Assembly: GCA_051362555.1 (NCBI GenBank)
Contig: CM120648.1
Location: 15,682,587 to 15,746,586 of the forward strand
Source: Lingula anatina
Taxonomy: Eukaryota > Animalia > Brachiopoda
Reading direction: 5' to 3'
Length of the DNA stretch: 64,000 nucleotides
The position numbers and the translations under genes are program-made. The notes beneath the pieces were generated by a model. It was given only the letters and a program-made list of their open reading frames with translations, had not been told where the DNA came from and did not search any database. Shown one piece after another: positions 50,001-63,021 of this stretch (position 1 is its first letter; the number at the start of each line of letters is the position of its first letter).

Positions 50001-53000
50001 ATATGCTATATATATAATTTTCCCTTCATGATCCAAATATTATATCTGATATGTCAAACTATCATGGAACCACGATATATTGTATATATTGCACACAAGT
50101 ACTTGAACAAAATGAAACATTTTGCCAGTTTTGCTATGTCTCTTGGTTTCCGAGAGGCTCTTTTCTGGTCCTACACCTGTGAATGTCCAACATGGCGTGA
50201 TAAAGCTTGTTCCCGAAATGTGCCCTTGGCTGGCTCTCTTGACCCGAAAGTGTTATATGCGGCACTGTGTTGTAGGCTTGTAGATTGATATTTATTCAAA
50301 ATAAATTGGTGAATTGAAAAATTTAAGATGCAAAGAAACCTTGTGTCTCAAGTATATTGCTTATGATTGCTTATTTCTTTTGTGCTTCCACCTCATCCGA
50401 GCACTTGTAATTGATACCCTGTTACTTGGTTTTTAATGTGAAAGATAAGAGCGTAAATTAACTTCAGCACATTCCAATGTAAAAGCCCATTTTGCAACCA
50501 AAGCAATACGTGAAAACACAATCTGCGGCTGTAACGCATTTAGCAACCAATTTTTTTAAGTAACTGGAACAATTTGTAATAATTTAGAGATAGAATCGGA
50601 ATGTGAACAGAGTTGCCTTGACACAATAGGCTGAATCTGGTGTCTGTCCCCGGGGTGGATGATTTATAATTTATACATATCACAATTTCTGTCATCTCCC
50701 CCAAGAACACAACAATCAGTTTTAATTGAATTCCTTGACCTACAATCAAGCACTCAGCTGCTGAGTGCTGTGTGCTGCCCTTTTCTTTTTCAAATTAAGG
50801 GCCCATTCACAATAATAAGGACAGCTGTAGAGCCGCATTTTGCAACCGCAACGCATTTTGCAACCATTTTTTTTTTTTTGTCCCGAAACGGTTTGATGCA
50901 CTGGGTTGGGTTGTCATATAGGGTGGTTGATTTACATCGCAATTTCTGCTATCTACCCGTAGGTCTAGTAGTGTGACTTTGCAGTCCTTTGGGGGTATTT
51001 ATTTTTTATATTGTTGTTACTGTTATCATCTTTCCATTTAAGTGAGGAACATGAGATGTTGGGGATATTTAAACTTGCCATTATGGATGTGCACGTGTCC
51101 TTCGGACTTTTGGTGACTATGGGTGTTGCCGTTCCTAGAGGTGGTTGATTATTATCTTTGAATTGTATTTTCTGTTACATGTATATACCCATAGGTCTTT
51201 AGGTTGAGGAAACTAAAATGTCGGGGTGAGCATAGACATAATTTTTTTTTTTTTTGTGACTTGGGGTGTGGCCATCCCTGGGGAAGGTTAATAACGTCTT
51301 ATCGTAATTTATTTTATCTCCATCTAGACCATGAATCTTTGGTGCATGAGTGGGCTACATAGGCTTTTTAGTGTGACTTGGGGTGTGGCCGTCCCTAAGG
51401 GGATGGGATGATTAGTAGTTTGTCAGACAATATAGCAGATTCCGTATATTGCATAGGTCAAGTTAATTAAAACCCATTCAAGACCCGATACTCTCAGGAA
51501 TCCTAGGGTCCAACTCCAGTTGTTTTTTAACATAAAACACACGTTTTAACATTTAATTAATATTACGGCTCTTGGATAATAAACATTTTTGTTTTGTGTT
51601 AAGACACAACAGTAGTTGAACGCGAGGATTCCTGAGTGTGTGCGGCCTTGAATTATTTTTTAATTAGATTCCCTGACCTATATTCATGCATACGGCTGGA
51701 AGTCCATTTAGTTCTGTATGTGCTTCTGCTGTTCTCTACATTTCTCAGGGACCCATACACATTCATTAAAAATGACTGATTCATCAATTTCTGTTTCATG
51801 TTCCTTAAAATTTAAGGGCATAGATGGCAGAAATAACGATGTGAAAAATAGAATCAGCCATCCCCCGCCGCACCTGAAATATCATTATAACATTCCCGGA
51901 AACCTATGCATATCCCCAATGGTAAGCTTATCAGCCCGGAAGGTTTCATGTTCCTAACTGTAATGGCATAAGGGTAGAAGCACGAATAACGATGTAAAAA
52001 TTAAAATCAACCTCCCCAGGGACGACCACACCCAATATCACAAAAAACCCAGAATGACCCATGCACATCCACAAAGACAGATTTTTCAATCCCCATAGCC
52101 TTACAACTTTATTGGTCTAAGGGTAGATAGCAGGAATTACAATCGCAATTAGACCCCACAGGACAGTATCGGATTAAGTCTTGACCCCCCCCCCCCTTTC
52201 GGTTTCTGAATAGTATATATCACATCAAAATTCCCCTCTCGAAATTAGAATATTGACTAGCTGAATCATAGTACTGAAGAGAACTGTTTGCTCTCCAAAA
52301 CACAAAAAAAATTCGGGGCCCTTGAGCCCACACCGAGGGGGCGATGGTCTGCTCGCATCCGAGGCCTGTCGTTCCGGACCCCCTTCAAATAATCCTGGGT
52401 CTGCCCCTGCCTTAGTCCCGCCATGATTCAACGTCCAAATATTGTCAGTTTCTAATCGTCCTGAAATCTGAAAAATTTCAAAACTAAATGGGTAAAAAAA
52501 ATAACTAGCTTTATGCTTTCCGTCACAAGGCCGGAACTCTTGAAATTAAGTACATTATTTATAGAAGTTAAACTTCGAGAACATCTGAAAATAACAGCTT
52601 CAATAAACTCCAACTCCAGACAAAATACGCATGTGAGTGAGTACTCCACCCCACCCCATTGTAGATGCAAGCGTCACTCTCGAAATCATGGTCTAGAATG
52701 AAACATAGCGACCTTTGCGCCTAATTTCAACATCCAACCAGAAGTAAAACATGTTTGGGTACTACAGGGGTATGTCCCATGAAGTGGTAATATACTATGA
52801 AGTCTCCTAACGGGCCTTATTATTTAACCAATGAAGTAGCCTTCTATCTTGAAGTAGTAATTCTTATCCTATGAAGTGGTAGTATACTATGAAGTATCTT
52901 AACATACCTTAGCTATAGTATAAGCCATGACGCAAAGCCCCTTGAGATACAATTTGTGTTTGTGTTTATATAAATGTCCTTACGTCATGTCTAATTTACC

Positions 53001-53854
53001 ATGAGTGAACCACTAAAAATATATCGGAACGCGACATAAAAATGAAAATGACAAGGAACATACGTTATCGTACGTTTTTGGCACATAAGTTACCATATAG
53101 GGCTCTTATGTAATGTTAAAGACATGGTAAAAATTAGAAATTGAATTTCAGTTGAGACAGTCGTGGATTTTTGTTCTTTACACATACATGTTTTGAAATA
53201 TTGAATACAATTTTGAATTCATTCATTTTTTTAATTTTTTTGACACTTCAGCATGTGAATTGCACCTCAATATTGGGTTTGTTTGAGAAATGCTGGTGCG
53301 ACGAATACAACAGTTACGCCCCTGACAAACCTAAGGATTGTTGGGAAAAAGGCACACCCACATCATGCCTCTGCAATAAAAAATGTCCGGACGGAATTTT
53401 GCCAAACATAAGAAAAGGTAAAAAAGAAACATCTGTTGTATTAAGGCTAAAAATAAAACAGTGCAAGGTATAATATAGACAATATTAGATGTTGACACAT
53501 ACGTTAGTTTTATGCAAATAAAATTCCATTGTTTAACATTCACAATGTCCAAAATTCACAATGGACCAAGGCAATTAAAATGACTCTTTCCAAAATTATG
53601 TGCTTTCCTCTCCTTATGTCTTAATCAGAGTGTATTTGTTAACCATTATGTTGATCCGGGGTATAGCCAAAATAATATAAAGGATTGTGGTTGTCTCTTA
53701 TATAGTTCTCCCTCCCTCATCATCCATAGTTTTGTTGAACTTCCGCACTTATGTCATAAGTAAATTCTTCAGAATACACTAAGATGTTTTCATATTTTGT
53801 ATTACAGAGAATTGCGAGTTTGTTGCTGAGTTCAATCCAAAGGAACATTGGTAG
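44097..53854 (+). CDS. Predicted small secreted cysteine-rich protein (about 128 aa, 12 Cys), family unassigned
   Basis: Exons 44097-44126, 47372-47441, 48791-48864, 53252-53417 and 53808-53854 join with GT-AG and phases 0/1/0/1 (387 nt): MASYLTYFAAVIAISVAEVTSQTKCDNAYSCWAGQYWQQKCGVCTGKNQIIGQINAAKHVNCTSILGLFEKCWCDEYNSYAPDKPKDCWEKGTPTSCLCNKKCPDGILPNIRKENCEFVAEFNPKEHW*. The N-terminus looks like a signal peptide. Confidence 0.7.
44765..45600 (-). mobile_element. L2-clade LINE 3' fragment (decayed RT)
   Basis: Minus-strand motifs SVLGPILY, YADD, LDYRNSSLYGLP, VQNAAARL and LHWLPVRQR. Confidence 0.85.
45617..46515 (-). mobile_element. Truncated Tc1 copy, same family as 57516-59177
   Basis: TA|CAGACTTGACTTTTAATATGGAG terminus. 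Diverged reverse complement of about 58270-59177. Confidence 0.8.
46520..46715 (-). mobile_element. Probable tRNA-derived SINE
   Basis: GC-rich island with a minus-strand Pol III B-box GAGTTCAAACC at about 46651-46661. It abuts the truncated Tc1. Confidence 0.5.
47600..48618. mobile_element. Decayed Academ-like fragment
   Basis: Inverted CATGGAATTTGGCACAGTTGT / ACAATTGTGCCAAACACCATG units and GCCATATTGG motifs. Ends TTGCTGGACTA (a TAG terminus). Confidence 0.4.
50900..52160. repeat. Decayed foldback structure: tandem arrays in opposite orientation around a central inverted repeat
   Basis: GACTTGGGGTGTGGCC units on the left and complementary units on the right. Central arms CTCAGGAATCCT (about 51493) and AGGATTCCTGAG (about 51625). 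Confidence 0.45.
52164..52409. mobile_element. Possible hAT-type MITE
   Basis: CAGTATCGGATT ... AATCCTGGGTCTGCCCCTG ends with a GC-rich interior. No clear TSD. Confidence 0.4.
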
Positions 53855-55239
53855 GTATTTACGAAATGTAAACTTCCACATTCTCTTTAATTTGAGTCAG
53901 TCTGGATCCGAAATAGAGTAAAACAAGACAGAAACAACATCATGATTGTGTCTTAACTGAGATGACGTCGCTGTCGAAAATGTCGAAAATGCTGTAAATG
54001 TCGCAACCTGCGTGGAAATTAAAGAATTTTACTTTATTACCTCTGTAGGTGCTTATGAAAAAATTAAGACCTGGTAGCAGAGTTTATCACGCGTCTCAAA
54101 ATGTGCGACTTATCCATTATCAAAGTGAAATATAGGAAATATAACTTGACAAAGTCGGCTAACATGCCGATTTTTATCCATGGCAACACCGTAACATTTT
54201 GAGATATCTCCTATCACAAAGAGTGCGCACCTTATTCCAGTCGGTAAGAGATGACTTTTAATACGCAAAATAAACCTACCAAGATTCATCAAAATTTACC
54301 CTGGCAACTTTTTTTGCCAGCTGTTGAAGTGCGTTTTTGACCCTATTCCTGGGTCAGCCAAGTACGCTTTCCATGGGATACTTTGTTTACAAATTTTTCT
54401 CAGTTTACCACTGAATGAACAGCGCACGTTCTGAAACTGACAGTGTATTTGTATCAGGGCACAGATATATCTCAAACATATTTCCAATAGTAAAATTGTG
54501 TCGTGACAGTAGATTTTTGAACAATTCCATATTTTTAGCTTGTATATGTTTTAATTTAGTATGTATGCAAAGCTCAATTTCAATTAAATAAAACTCAGAA
54601 ATGCATAAATTTAAATTCCTTTTGATATATCGCATCCAGGCTTCTATATGTGTATCAAAAAAGTATCACTAATTTGCGATTCGATCATTGTTGAGAAGCT
54701 TGCGGTACAGTTAAAATAAGAAAACTGTTTCCTTTCATCCAATTTGCCATAAACAGGTTAAGTATACCAGAAAACATATTGGCACATACAAGCAGAGATG
54801 CTCCTCATCTGTGAATTCTGAAATAATGAGAAATAAAGACGCTGACAATAATTGTAATGAAATAAATTAATAGCGATAAAGAGCTAACTAGAATTAGCTG
54901 AGGTACTTGTGTTGGTATTACATGATACCGGTACATAGGAAGCCCATTGCATTCAATGATAGTTGACTAAATATCATGAATTGCGTTAAAGTAGGCCTGT
55001 AATTCAAACGTTTTCATGAATCATAATTACCTTTCTTAAATGTTCCTTATCCTTTTCTATTCTGGAGTTAAGCTACAATCCGCAGCAGATCCACATTTAT
55101 CCGCCTCTCCCACCTCTTTCCACGTGTTCACCCGTATTTGTTTACACGAACCTTTATATATGTAGGTCAACATATAATATCCTGCGCAAATGATATATAA
55201 TTACGTAAATGAAAGCCCTTTTCCTAGGGTAAGACTTTT

Positions 55240-55840
55240 AAATAAACTATAACTTCCCATTTAGACTCGTATACTGAGCGAAAAAAAAGTAAAATTATGT
55301 TTGTTAGAAAGCTAAAAATCTAGAAAAATCTAAGTAGTGGAAAAGGGTTTTTAAGGCAGTTTTCCAAGATGGCCGCCAATATATTAAGTCCCTATAGGTA
55401 AAAGGGGTCTTTATATTTTGTGAGTATTTTTGCTGGAAGAAAAGGGGGTTAAGACCTTGAAATATATCCAGACTTAGAGGCGTTTTGAAACGAAAAGCTT
55501 ATTTGATAAGAATCATGCACCAAAGGTCATTGGCTTGAGGTCAGAGGTCAGGCAAAGGTCATCTGTCCAGATTTTTTACTGAAAAGTTCCCTTAAAGTTT
55601 GCAATAAATGTTTTTAAACACTGGTTATTGAAACTTTTGGTGTTTATTACAATTATTACATCACTCACATAGGAATCAATGGAAATTTCCAAGCAAATTA
55701 AAATAAATATGTTTTGTATCGTGTTTTTTTTAACTCATACACTTATTTTGCTTCCATGAAAATCATATTTATTCTTCTCTACATCAGCTAACCAAATTTC
55801 ATAAAGTTTGCTAACCCCATTTATAATAAATAGATATTCA
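55240..55840 (+). repeat. Unit of an unclassified repeat (about 600-700 bp); further pieces at 57311-57513, 59180-59216 and 63022-64000
   Basis: AATCTAAGTAGTGG..AAGG...TTTTCCAAGAT.GCCGC shared with 63421-63473. GTCA.AGGT.AGGCAAAGGTCAT shared with about 57442. Confidence 0.65.
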
Positions 55841-56263
55841 AAGTATCAGTTGGATTTTAGTATGCCTCATGGAATGCCGCCATATTGGATTTTTCATAGG
55901 CTGGACCTACAAGCACATGTATCAATCTCTTGTGACTTTTATCTTCTTATTCCTTTTTCTTACTGGTTTATACATTTTTAGCATTGAGATAGCTGGATAG
56001 ATTGTTTGCTTTGTATATTTTAATATACATTGTTTAAACAGTGAATTTATTTTTTACTACTGGTACGTTACATGTAGCCATATTTATTGACAAACGTGCT
56101 TTGGAAACTAGGTAGCAAAAAAGTTAAAATATTCATCTAAAGACATATTTTGGTTATCAGTTTATTTAGATTTCATATAATATTTACAACATGAAATCAA
56201 ATAAATATAAATAATAGATTTACATATTTATTTAAAATTTAGGCATTAAAGACATCATATATG

Positions 56264-56299
<36 letters not shown>

Positions 56300-57306
56300 T
56301 TATTGAGCTCAAAGAAATGGTTTACATTTACAGGCTCTCTAACTAATACAAACATTATAAGGGTAATTTGATTATTAAACTATGCTCATCCACGCAGGGA
56401 TACACGCTTTTTAATTGCACTGTTTACAAATTTACATATGGCAATCACACTCTGCGCAGAGAGTGGATTGAGTAAAATAGATAGTTTATTGTCTGTTGGA
56501 CCCTGCAAATTCACCTCAGGTATGGAAGCGAACAGTATTCCCCGTTCGACTCTGTGTTCATTGCATTCTAGAAAAAAAGTGTGCTTCATCTTCTATTCAG
56601 TCGCAGTGGGGACATTTCCTTTTGTCAATTGGTTTCTTTGGTTTTGTATATTGCCCTCTTTCAATTTCTAATTCATGATCACTGATCCTCATTTTTGCTA
56701 ATACTATTTTTTAGCTAAAGGAACATTGAGTTTTACATAAGGTTCAGCTTCATAAGTGTGCTTAATTTTTCCATATGTTCTGAGTTTATTGTTTTCTCCT
56801 TTTTGCAATTCTTCCCAAAAATTTGACTTTATTCTTTAATTATTTCTTCCTTTAGATATTGGTGGTTGTGGGTTATAGTATGTGTGTTGTTATTTGGGTG
56901 GTATACTTCGCAGCATGCCGAAAGATTTGTAGTGGCCCTAAACCAGTTCTTTTCCTTTTCTGTTTGCTCCGTGTCATAAGCTTGTTTGACTAGTCTGTGA
57001 GTTGGAAAGTTGTCCAGTCTTGCACTGTATTTGGACACCAAAGTTACAATGTCCAAATACAGTGGAAGGCGTCCGAGTTCTGCCCTAAAGCATTATTGCT
57101 GGATGTTTTTCTTAGCCCTAGTGTCCATTTACACATTTTAAATGTATCTGTTCGAATGGCATCAAATATTTCATACAGATTTCTTAAAAGGATAAATTAC
57201 GTATTTTATTGCATGCTATATTTTCATAATTAGCCGCTGTTGCAAAAAAACTACTCATGCGCGAAATCTGCGCAGATCGCAAAAAAGCTAATAAGAGAGA
57301 ACGTCC
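55841..57306 (-). mobile_element. Non-autonomous deletion derivative of the Kolobok-like element, interrupted by a LINE
   Basis: 55841-56255 matches 22361-22760, and 57148-57306 matches 26950-27108. It ends CC|TTAA. Confidence 0.8.
56266..57147 (-). mobile_element. RTEX-type LINE 3' fragment
   Basis: Minus strand KLRTYGKIKHTYEAEPYV...RISDHELEIERGQY...RKCPHC..IEDEAHFFLEC, followed by AATAAA and a (TTA)n tail at 56266-56305. Confidence 0.85.
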
Positions 57307-57515
57307 TTAATTTAGGTAATATTTTGCTAAAATAAATGTGGGTAAATCCTTGAAATATACACAAAGTTACAGACAAAGAACCATTTGTTGACAAGAAAAG
57401 CTTATTTAATAAGAATTATTCACCAAAGGCATTGGCTTGGGGTCAAAGGTTAGGCAAAGGTCATTTGTACAGATTTTTACCTGAAATATTCCCTAGAAGT
57501 TTGCAGTAAATACTA

Positions 57516-59177
57516 CAGACTTGACATTTAATATGGAATATTTCAGTTTCGAAGGTATACCTAGATAAAAATACGTTCTTTTTTCAAAAAACTCCGATCT
57601 CATATAAGAATTTTGAATGTAAAAGTGTGCAGTCAGGTGTGTCACTACCAATTAACTGGTTTTCATGCCTGTTGCGCTGCTACATTATGTAATTTGTAGT
57701 GATTTAATTGGGTAGTGTTCCTTTGGGCTGATCAAAGCTTGGCTTAGGCAAAGCTTGGTTCTGTCAAATAAATATCCATATTTCGGCAACTATTGCATAG
57801 AAGAATTCGAAATTTTGCATACAAGCCGTCAGTTTTGCAGTGCGTCAGATGAGTCAAGTAATGCATTACAGATTTGTTAATCTAAGGCAGAATGGCGCGA
57901 AAAAGACAGACATAACCAGACAGATCATAGCGCCAAACGAAACGGTCCCCATAGTTTTATAGAGTAATGCCCAGACTGATGTACCTACACAGAAGTCACC
58001 CCCAAAGTATCAAAATTTTACTCACAGGGTACAGGACCCACTGTCTTTCGGGATACGCTGCTGCAACTAAACAAAAAACACTTACTCCGTTCAGAAGGAG
58101 GGGTAAATTGCCACTAAAATGCGTTTTTCAAAGCCCTTAGCAAACACCAAACTGGTTTTAGCAGGTAAGAACACCAAATGACCTCCAAGGTACCCACTGT
58201 ATACAGCAAAACATCGTCGTCTGTTTCTCTAATGAATTGGGGGCCATGAACGATTCTGGGTAGAACACTGAAACTGCGCGGCTTTCTTTATTGAGGTCAG
58301 ATTTCACCTGTACCGCCCAATTAGTCAAAACAGAGTTTGCAGATATTCAGAAGAGGCCTACGACGAAGCATATGCCGGGTCTAAAGTGACAAGGGTGATT
58401 GACAGCGTCAGTATTTGGAGTAGATTTCACATTGGTGCCAAAACACCAATGGTAGTCATCGGCGAAAACCTGAACCAGATCAAATAAAGGAATAATCTCG
58501 GAACCACTTGACTATCATTTGATACTGGGCACCTTAGGAACAATTCTAGGTTGCACGATGAGGTTGCAGGTTCACAAAGAGCACTTTTAATAGCAGATAA
58601 CTTACAGAACCAAGGGAATGAGCAGCTACCCTGGTCATCAAAATCGCCACATTTGAACCACATAGACAATATTTCGGTAGACCATTACTCACCAAACAAC
58701 TGCCTACATGTCCTACAACAAAATTGGACCAGATAGGACAATTTTAGACTGATGCCTGGAATGCTATTCCAGATTGAACTCTAAAAACCTACCCCCAAGA
58801 AATGCCTTGCCGCTTGAGAGCGCTGGCAACAGCCACGCAGAGGCCAGGAGTAACAACGACCATTACTGTGACTAGCAACTGACATGAGGGTCTTTTGTGG
58901 AGCGTATTACCCTTTTACAGGCGATAATTTGGAAAATATGGAGATCCAAAATATCTCTTTTAATGGGAGTCGTATGACATAGAAAAGGCAATGTGTTTTT
59001 GTTTGCTTCTCCGGCGAATTCCATTAATGAACTGATGTCACAATGACATCAAAGCGATAATTTTAAGTTATTAAAACATGATTTTATTCCTTATTTTCAT
59101 TTATCAGTCAGCAAAATAGGAATAAACTGATAAAAAATTATTTCGAAAAAAATATTCCATATTAAATGTCAAGTCTG
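57516..59177 (+). mobile_element. Full-length but decayed Tc1/mariner element
   Basis: TA|CAGACTTGACATTTAATATGGAATATTT ... AAATATTCCATATTAAATGTCAAGTCTG|TA. Remnant LPWSSKSPHLNHIDNI corresponds to the Tc1 WPxxSPDLNPIE motif. Confidence 0.88.
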
Positions 59178-59220
59178 TATAAAGATTAGTTATTGAGACT
59201 TTTGGTGTTTATTAAATTAA

Positions 59221-60484
59221 GTGCCAGTTTTTTTAAGCACAAGACAAGTACGGCAAGGTGGGGGTATACAGAATTTGACCTTATTGGGCTGAAATACTTG
59301 CCTGAGGACCCTTTTAACTTCTGCCAAATGTTATGCCATAAAACTGTATTTCAGGGGATTTATGCCCAATTTTCTGTTTTTCCAGCTTTCGAAGCAGATT
59401 TTCAGTTATCATACACGTCACTCATATATATGCTTATTATACTGCTATCTAGTAATATATTTACTATGTACATGTATGATGTATTTTGTTGATCAATATT
59501 CTTCCCCCCAAGACATTCAAAACAAGACATTCAAATATAACCCGCCTTGTCCACACTGTACCCACTTTTTTTACCCCACCCCCTAAAACTAAGTTTACGC
59601 ATGGCGATTTTCAAAGGGTCATATACCCACTAGCAGAGGTCCTATGTCAAACCTGTATGGGTTTGTAAAGGAACATTAAAAATATAATTAGAAAGGAGAT
59701 CCTCGTGGCCTTTTCTTTTGTTGGCGATATATTTTAATATTAAAATATCCGAAAATTGTTAAATTTGGCTGGGTGTTGCTCTTGTCTTGGCCGGTAATAC
59801 CTGCTCAATTACTCTAATCACGGCAGAATTGAACAGTAGACTTTACAAGAATAGGCAATTGCCCTATAACAGGGCTTACCTTTGGGATTTAAACCGTCAT
59901 ATTCATATTTTGATGACTTGTGATCGAAATTTATGTAGCTTTGGTCAAGACAAACACTTTTCAACCTGCTACTTGGCCTCAAGTTTTTACCCTTTGCTCA
60001 ATAGCTTCCATTGTACACCTGGGAATGTTATTCCCTGTAATACTATAGCTTACAAAATTAATTAGAAATATTTTTAGTCTAATAAATCTAATTATTCAGA
60101 AAATAAAACGACAAACAACCCACATTTTTCTTACATTTAATCATATAAAGAAAACTGTATTCCTTTAACATTTCTTTTGATCTACTACTTCAACAATTAT
60201 TGGACACAAGTGGGCACAAATCACACACACAGCTTTTAATCAATCAACAATGTTTCATAATGCATAATCATCTCTTTATTGGATCTTTAAGGTTTAAGTA
60301 TAAATAAGCAAATTATTTGGAAGTGTAGCAAACAATTCAAATCTTCAAACTGGAAAATATACTTATTACCAGTTACTTAATAAATGGGTGGAAGGCATTG
60401 TAACTGCCATTCAAGACTACTCCTGTCACCCTTAATTGAATAAGACACCGACAAAGTTTTGACTCAAGATTTAAGTGAATGTTT

Positions 60485-60518
<34 letters not shown>

Positions 60519-63017
60519 CACACTTGGATTTTCATTCTACAAAAACATCAAAGTAATGCAAATCTATATTATCCAACTGAAACCCCTTCCTGAGAAGAAT
60601 GAAGAAATAAGTTGAACTTATGTAATGGTGTAATTCATGGATTATTTTGCACTAGTCAGGACCAGGAAATATTGCTGCTTTCAAATATATAAGTCAAACT
60701 GATCTTTTGCTCCAAGGAATAAAAATATGATATTCAATATCAATATCTCAGTAAGATCTTATCCCATTTAAAGGTGGCATTCACGGATATCTTCAGTAAA
60801 ATGAAACAGAAAAAAGCAGACATGATCCTAGGTTTCAAAAAAATAAAAAGAACTTCGAACATTTATCATGGGACTCAACACCTAAGCAGCCAGAGGTCCG
60901 GGACACCATGAATTGAATTAAAAAATGCGAAATTCCACGTTTCTGGGGCAAAAATTCATGTCTGAAAAGCTCCTTGTAAAAAAAGGTCATCGAAAAGTGT
61001 CAGTTTTTATCATTTAATGAAGCTCCCATGAATGACTTTACTTCCTTGTGGGGGATCTCCTTGCTACTTGCTTGGATCATCATGGCTGATATTAGCTATC
61101 TGTCAGGTCATTGGTGTCCTTCCACTGTAGATACAAATACTTGTTCAAAGTAGATAAACATCAAAAATGCATTTTAGTCTGTTGGGCAGTAAGTCAATCC
61201 TCTTTACAAAACTTCTTTTTCGGGTGCTTGGATTAATCACTTTATTTTCTTTGCCATATATCTGATTCTTTGCTGCTCTTTCTGACCAGTCTCCAAACAT
61301 CTTCTCGCTAAAATAACAACAAAAATTTATTCTTTAATCTACTGAATGGTTATAATTTTCAACCAACAAAATTTACCATGAAACCCCATTTCAGATTTCA
61401 GGATACCACTAACCTTTATTTCATATATATATATATATATATATATGTAATTGTGATATGATTGTTACTCTTTTAATCACTAGCAATGATCTACAAAAGC
61501 AGTTTTATTTACTTGTAAGGGTTCTGTAACTTGTTGCTCATACAAACAAAAAAGTTTACACTGCTAACATGTACAGTACAATACATAAGCTCTTTTCACT
61601 TTATGTAATAACAAATTTGCTGTGCTTCTGAGGGTCAGATATAGCAGTATTTAGATGATGACTTAGCTTCACTTGTCTAATTACTATGGCATTGCATATT
61701 TAATTCAAACAACACAGATATCATACCATTATCAACCTTCTGTCTGTATGTGAATTCGGTGTGTTAATTGATTATAAAGATGTGACGAATGTCATCTTTT
61801 TAATTACCTGGGCCCAACGAACTGAATATCTTGGCTTCGTCTTGATAACAATTTGGATACATGCATGAAAGCTCCCGCTTGGTCCGAGCAAAGAAAGTCC
61901 TACAATAATAACTTGGTCCGAAGAAGTGGTTGGCGTGTTCTTGCAGCTCCCCAAAGGACCCACAGCATGTGACGATGCGCTGGACACACGACTGAGTCGA
62001 GCTCACTCTCCAATTCCTCCGATGATGACACTGCCTCTCATTAGCCTCTCACTCTGCATGTAACTTTTAGCATCGGGAGGTGACCCCAATCATCTTAGTC
62101 GTATCTCCTGGGTATCGCACAACCTTTCCGTCTTTGTAACGGTCTACAAAACAACAAAGTATTGCGCTTTGCTGCTTGAAATTCGGAAAATCTGCAGTGC
62201 ATTCATCGTACGTTTTCCACCACTGCTACTTGAAACTGACATGGCCGCCTACACGAATTTAGTTTCGAATGCATGTTTACCCCCGTATTTGAACTTAGCA
62301 TACAGGGTATACTTAATATCCAGGAATCAATAAATAAAAACTACAGAGGACTATTTCAGTTAATTAGTCCCTAACTAACGTTGAAATTAACTTAAACATC
62401 CTTGAATGCAAATCGAAACTGTGGAAAGCAAAAATGTTTTACGATAATGTAGCCAGAAAATAGAAGAATTTGCATCGCTGTTGCAAAATTTGTAGGGAAA
62501 AGGCCACGCCAGTGTTTTAATTTATGGTAGGCCCCTTGTCCATATTTTCAGTAAATATCAGTGATATTATCTAAGGTGCTCTACTAGTGGAGATATAAGG
62601 CTATAGACAGGGTGGGTATCTGCGGCAGTCATCAAGTGACCTCAAATAACCTCGGTAGTTTGTAACCATAGCAACGGATTTATGATATAAATCTCGGTCG
62701 TTATAAAGATTATATATCCATCTTTCAATTGTGGTATTGACCGAAGTAAGGTATTGATCACTTGATGCACATTTGTGAAGCAAACTTCAGTGAAAAATAC
62801 ACCACTCACACAGCTGAAAAGTGAGACGGGAGCCACGCGAGGCAGTGAAATATGCATCTGGCTGTATCTCGACAATAACGCAACGGAAAGCTTTAATATT
62901 TTACAGTTTAATTAAGGTCACAAAGGTGATTAACTGTGGGCAAAATGGGTGTATTCTGTGAGAACCCCACCTTGCCGCTTTTTGGCTGATTTGCCTGGTG
63001 GTTAGAAAAACTTGCAC
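59221..63017 (-). mobile_element. Sola3-like internally deleted DNA transposon with TTAA TSD
   Basis: TTAA|GTGCCAGTTTTT...CGGCAAGGTGGGG against CCCCACCTTGCCG...AAAAACTTGCAC|TTAA. Removing it restores the host repeat seen at about 55624-55670. Minus-strand remnants VCPAHRHML.VLW, SCMYP and KKFCKED(W)LTAQQ. The superfamily assignment comes from recalled motif resemblance. Confidence 0.65.
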
Positions 63018-63021
63018 TTAA

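Noticed and set aside
54049-54058. Extra last exon giving the Cys-rich protein a WCL* ending
   Set aside because: Possible, but it yields an odd Cys count; the in-frame TAG at 53852-53854 is simpler. Needs cDNA.
54740-54761. piggyBac-like end (AAACAGG|TTAA)
   Set aside because: I found no partner TIR or transposase remnant.
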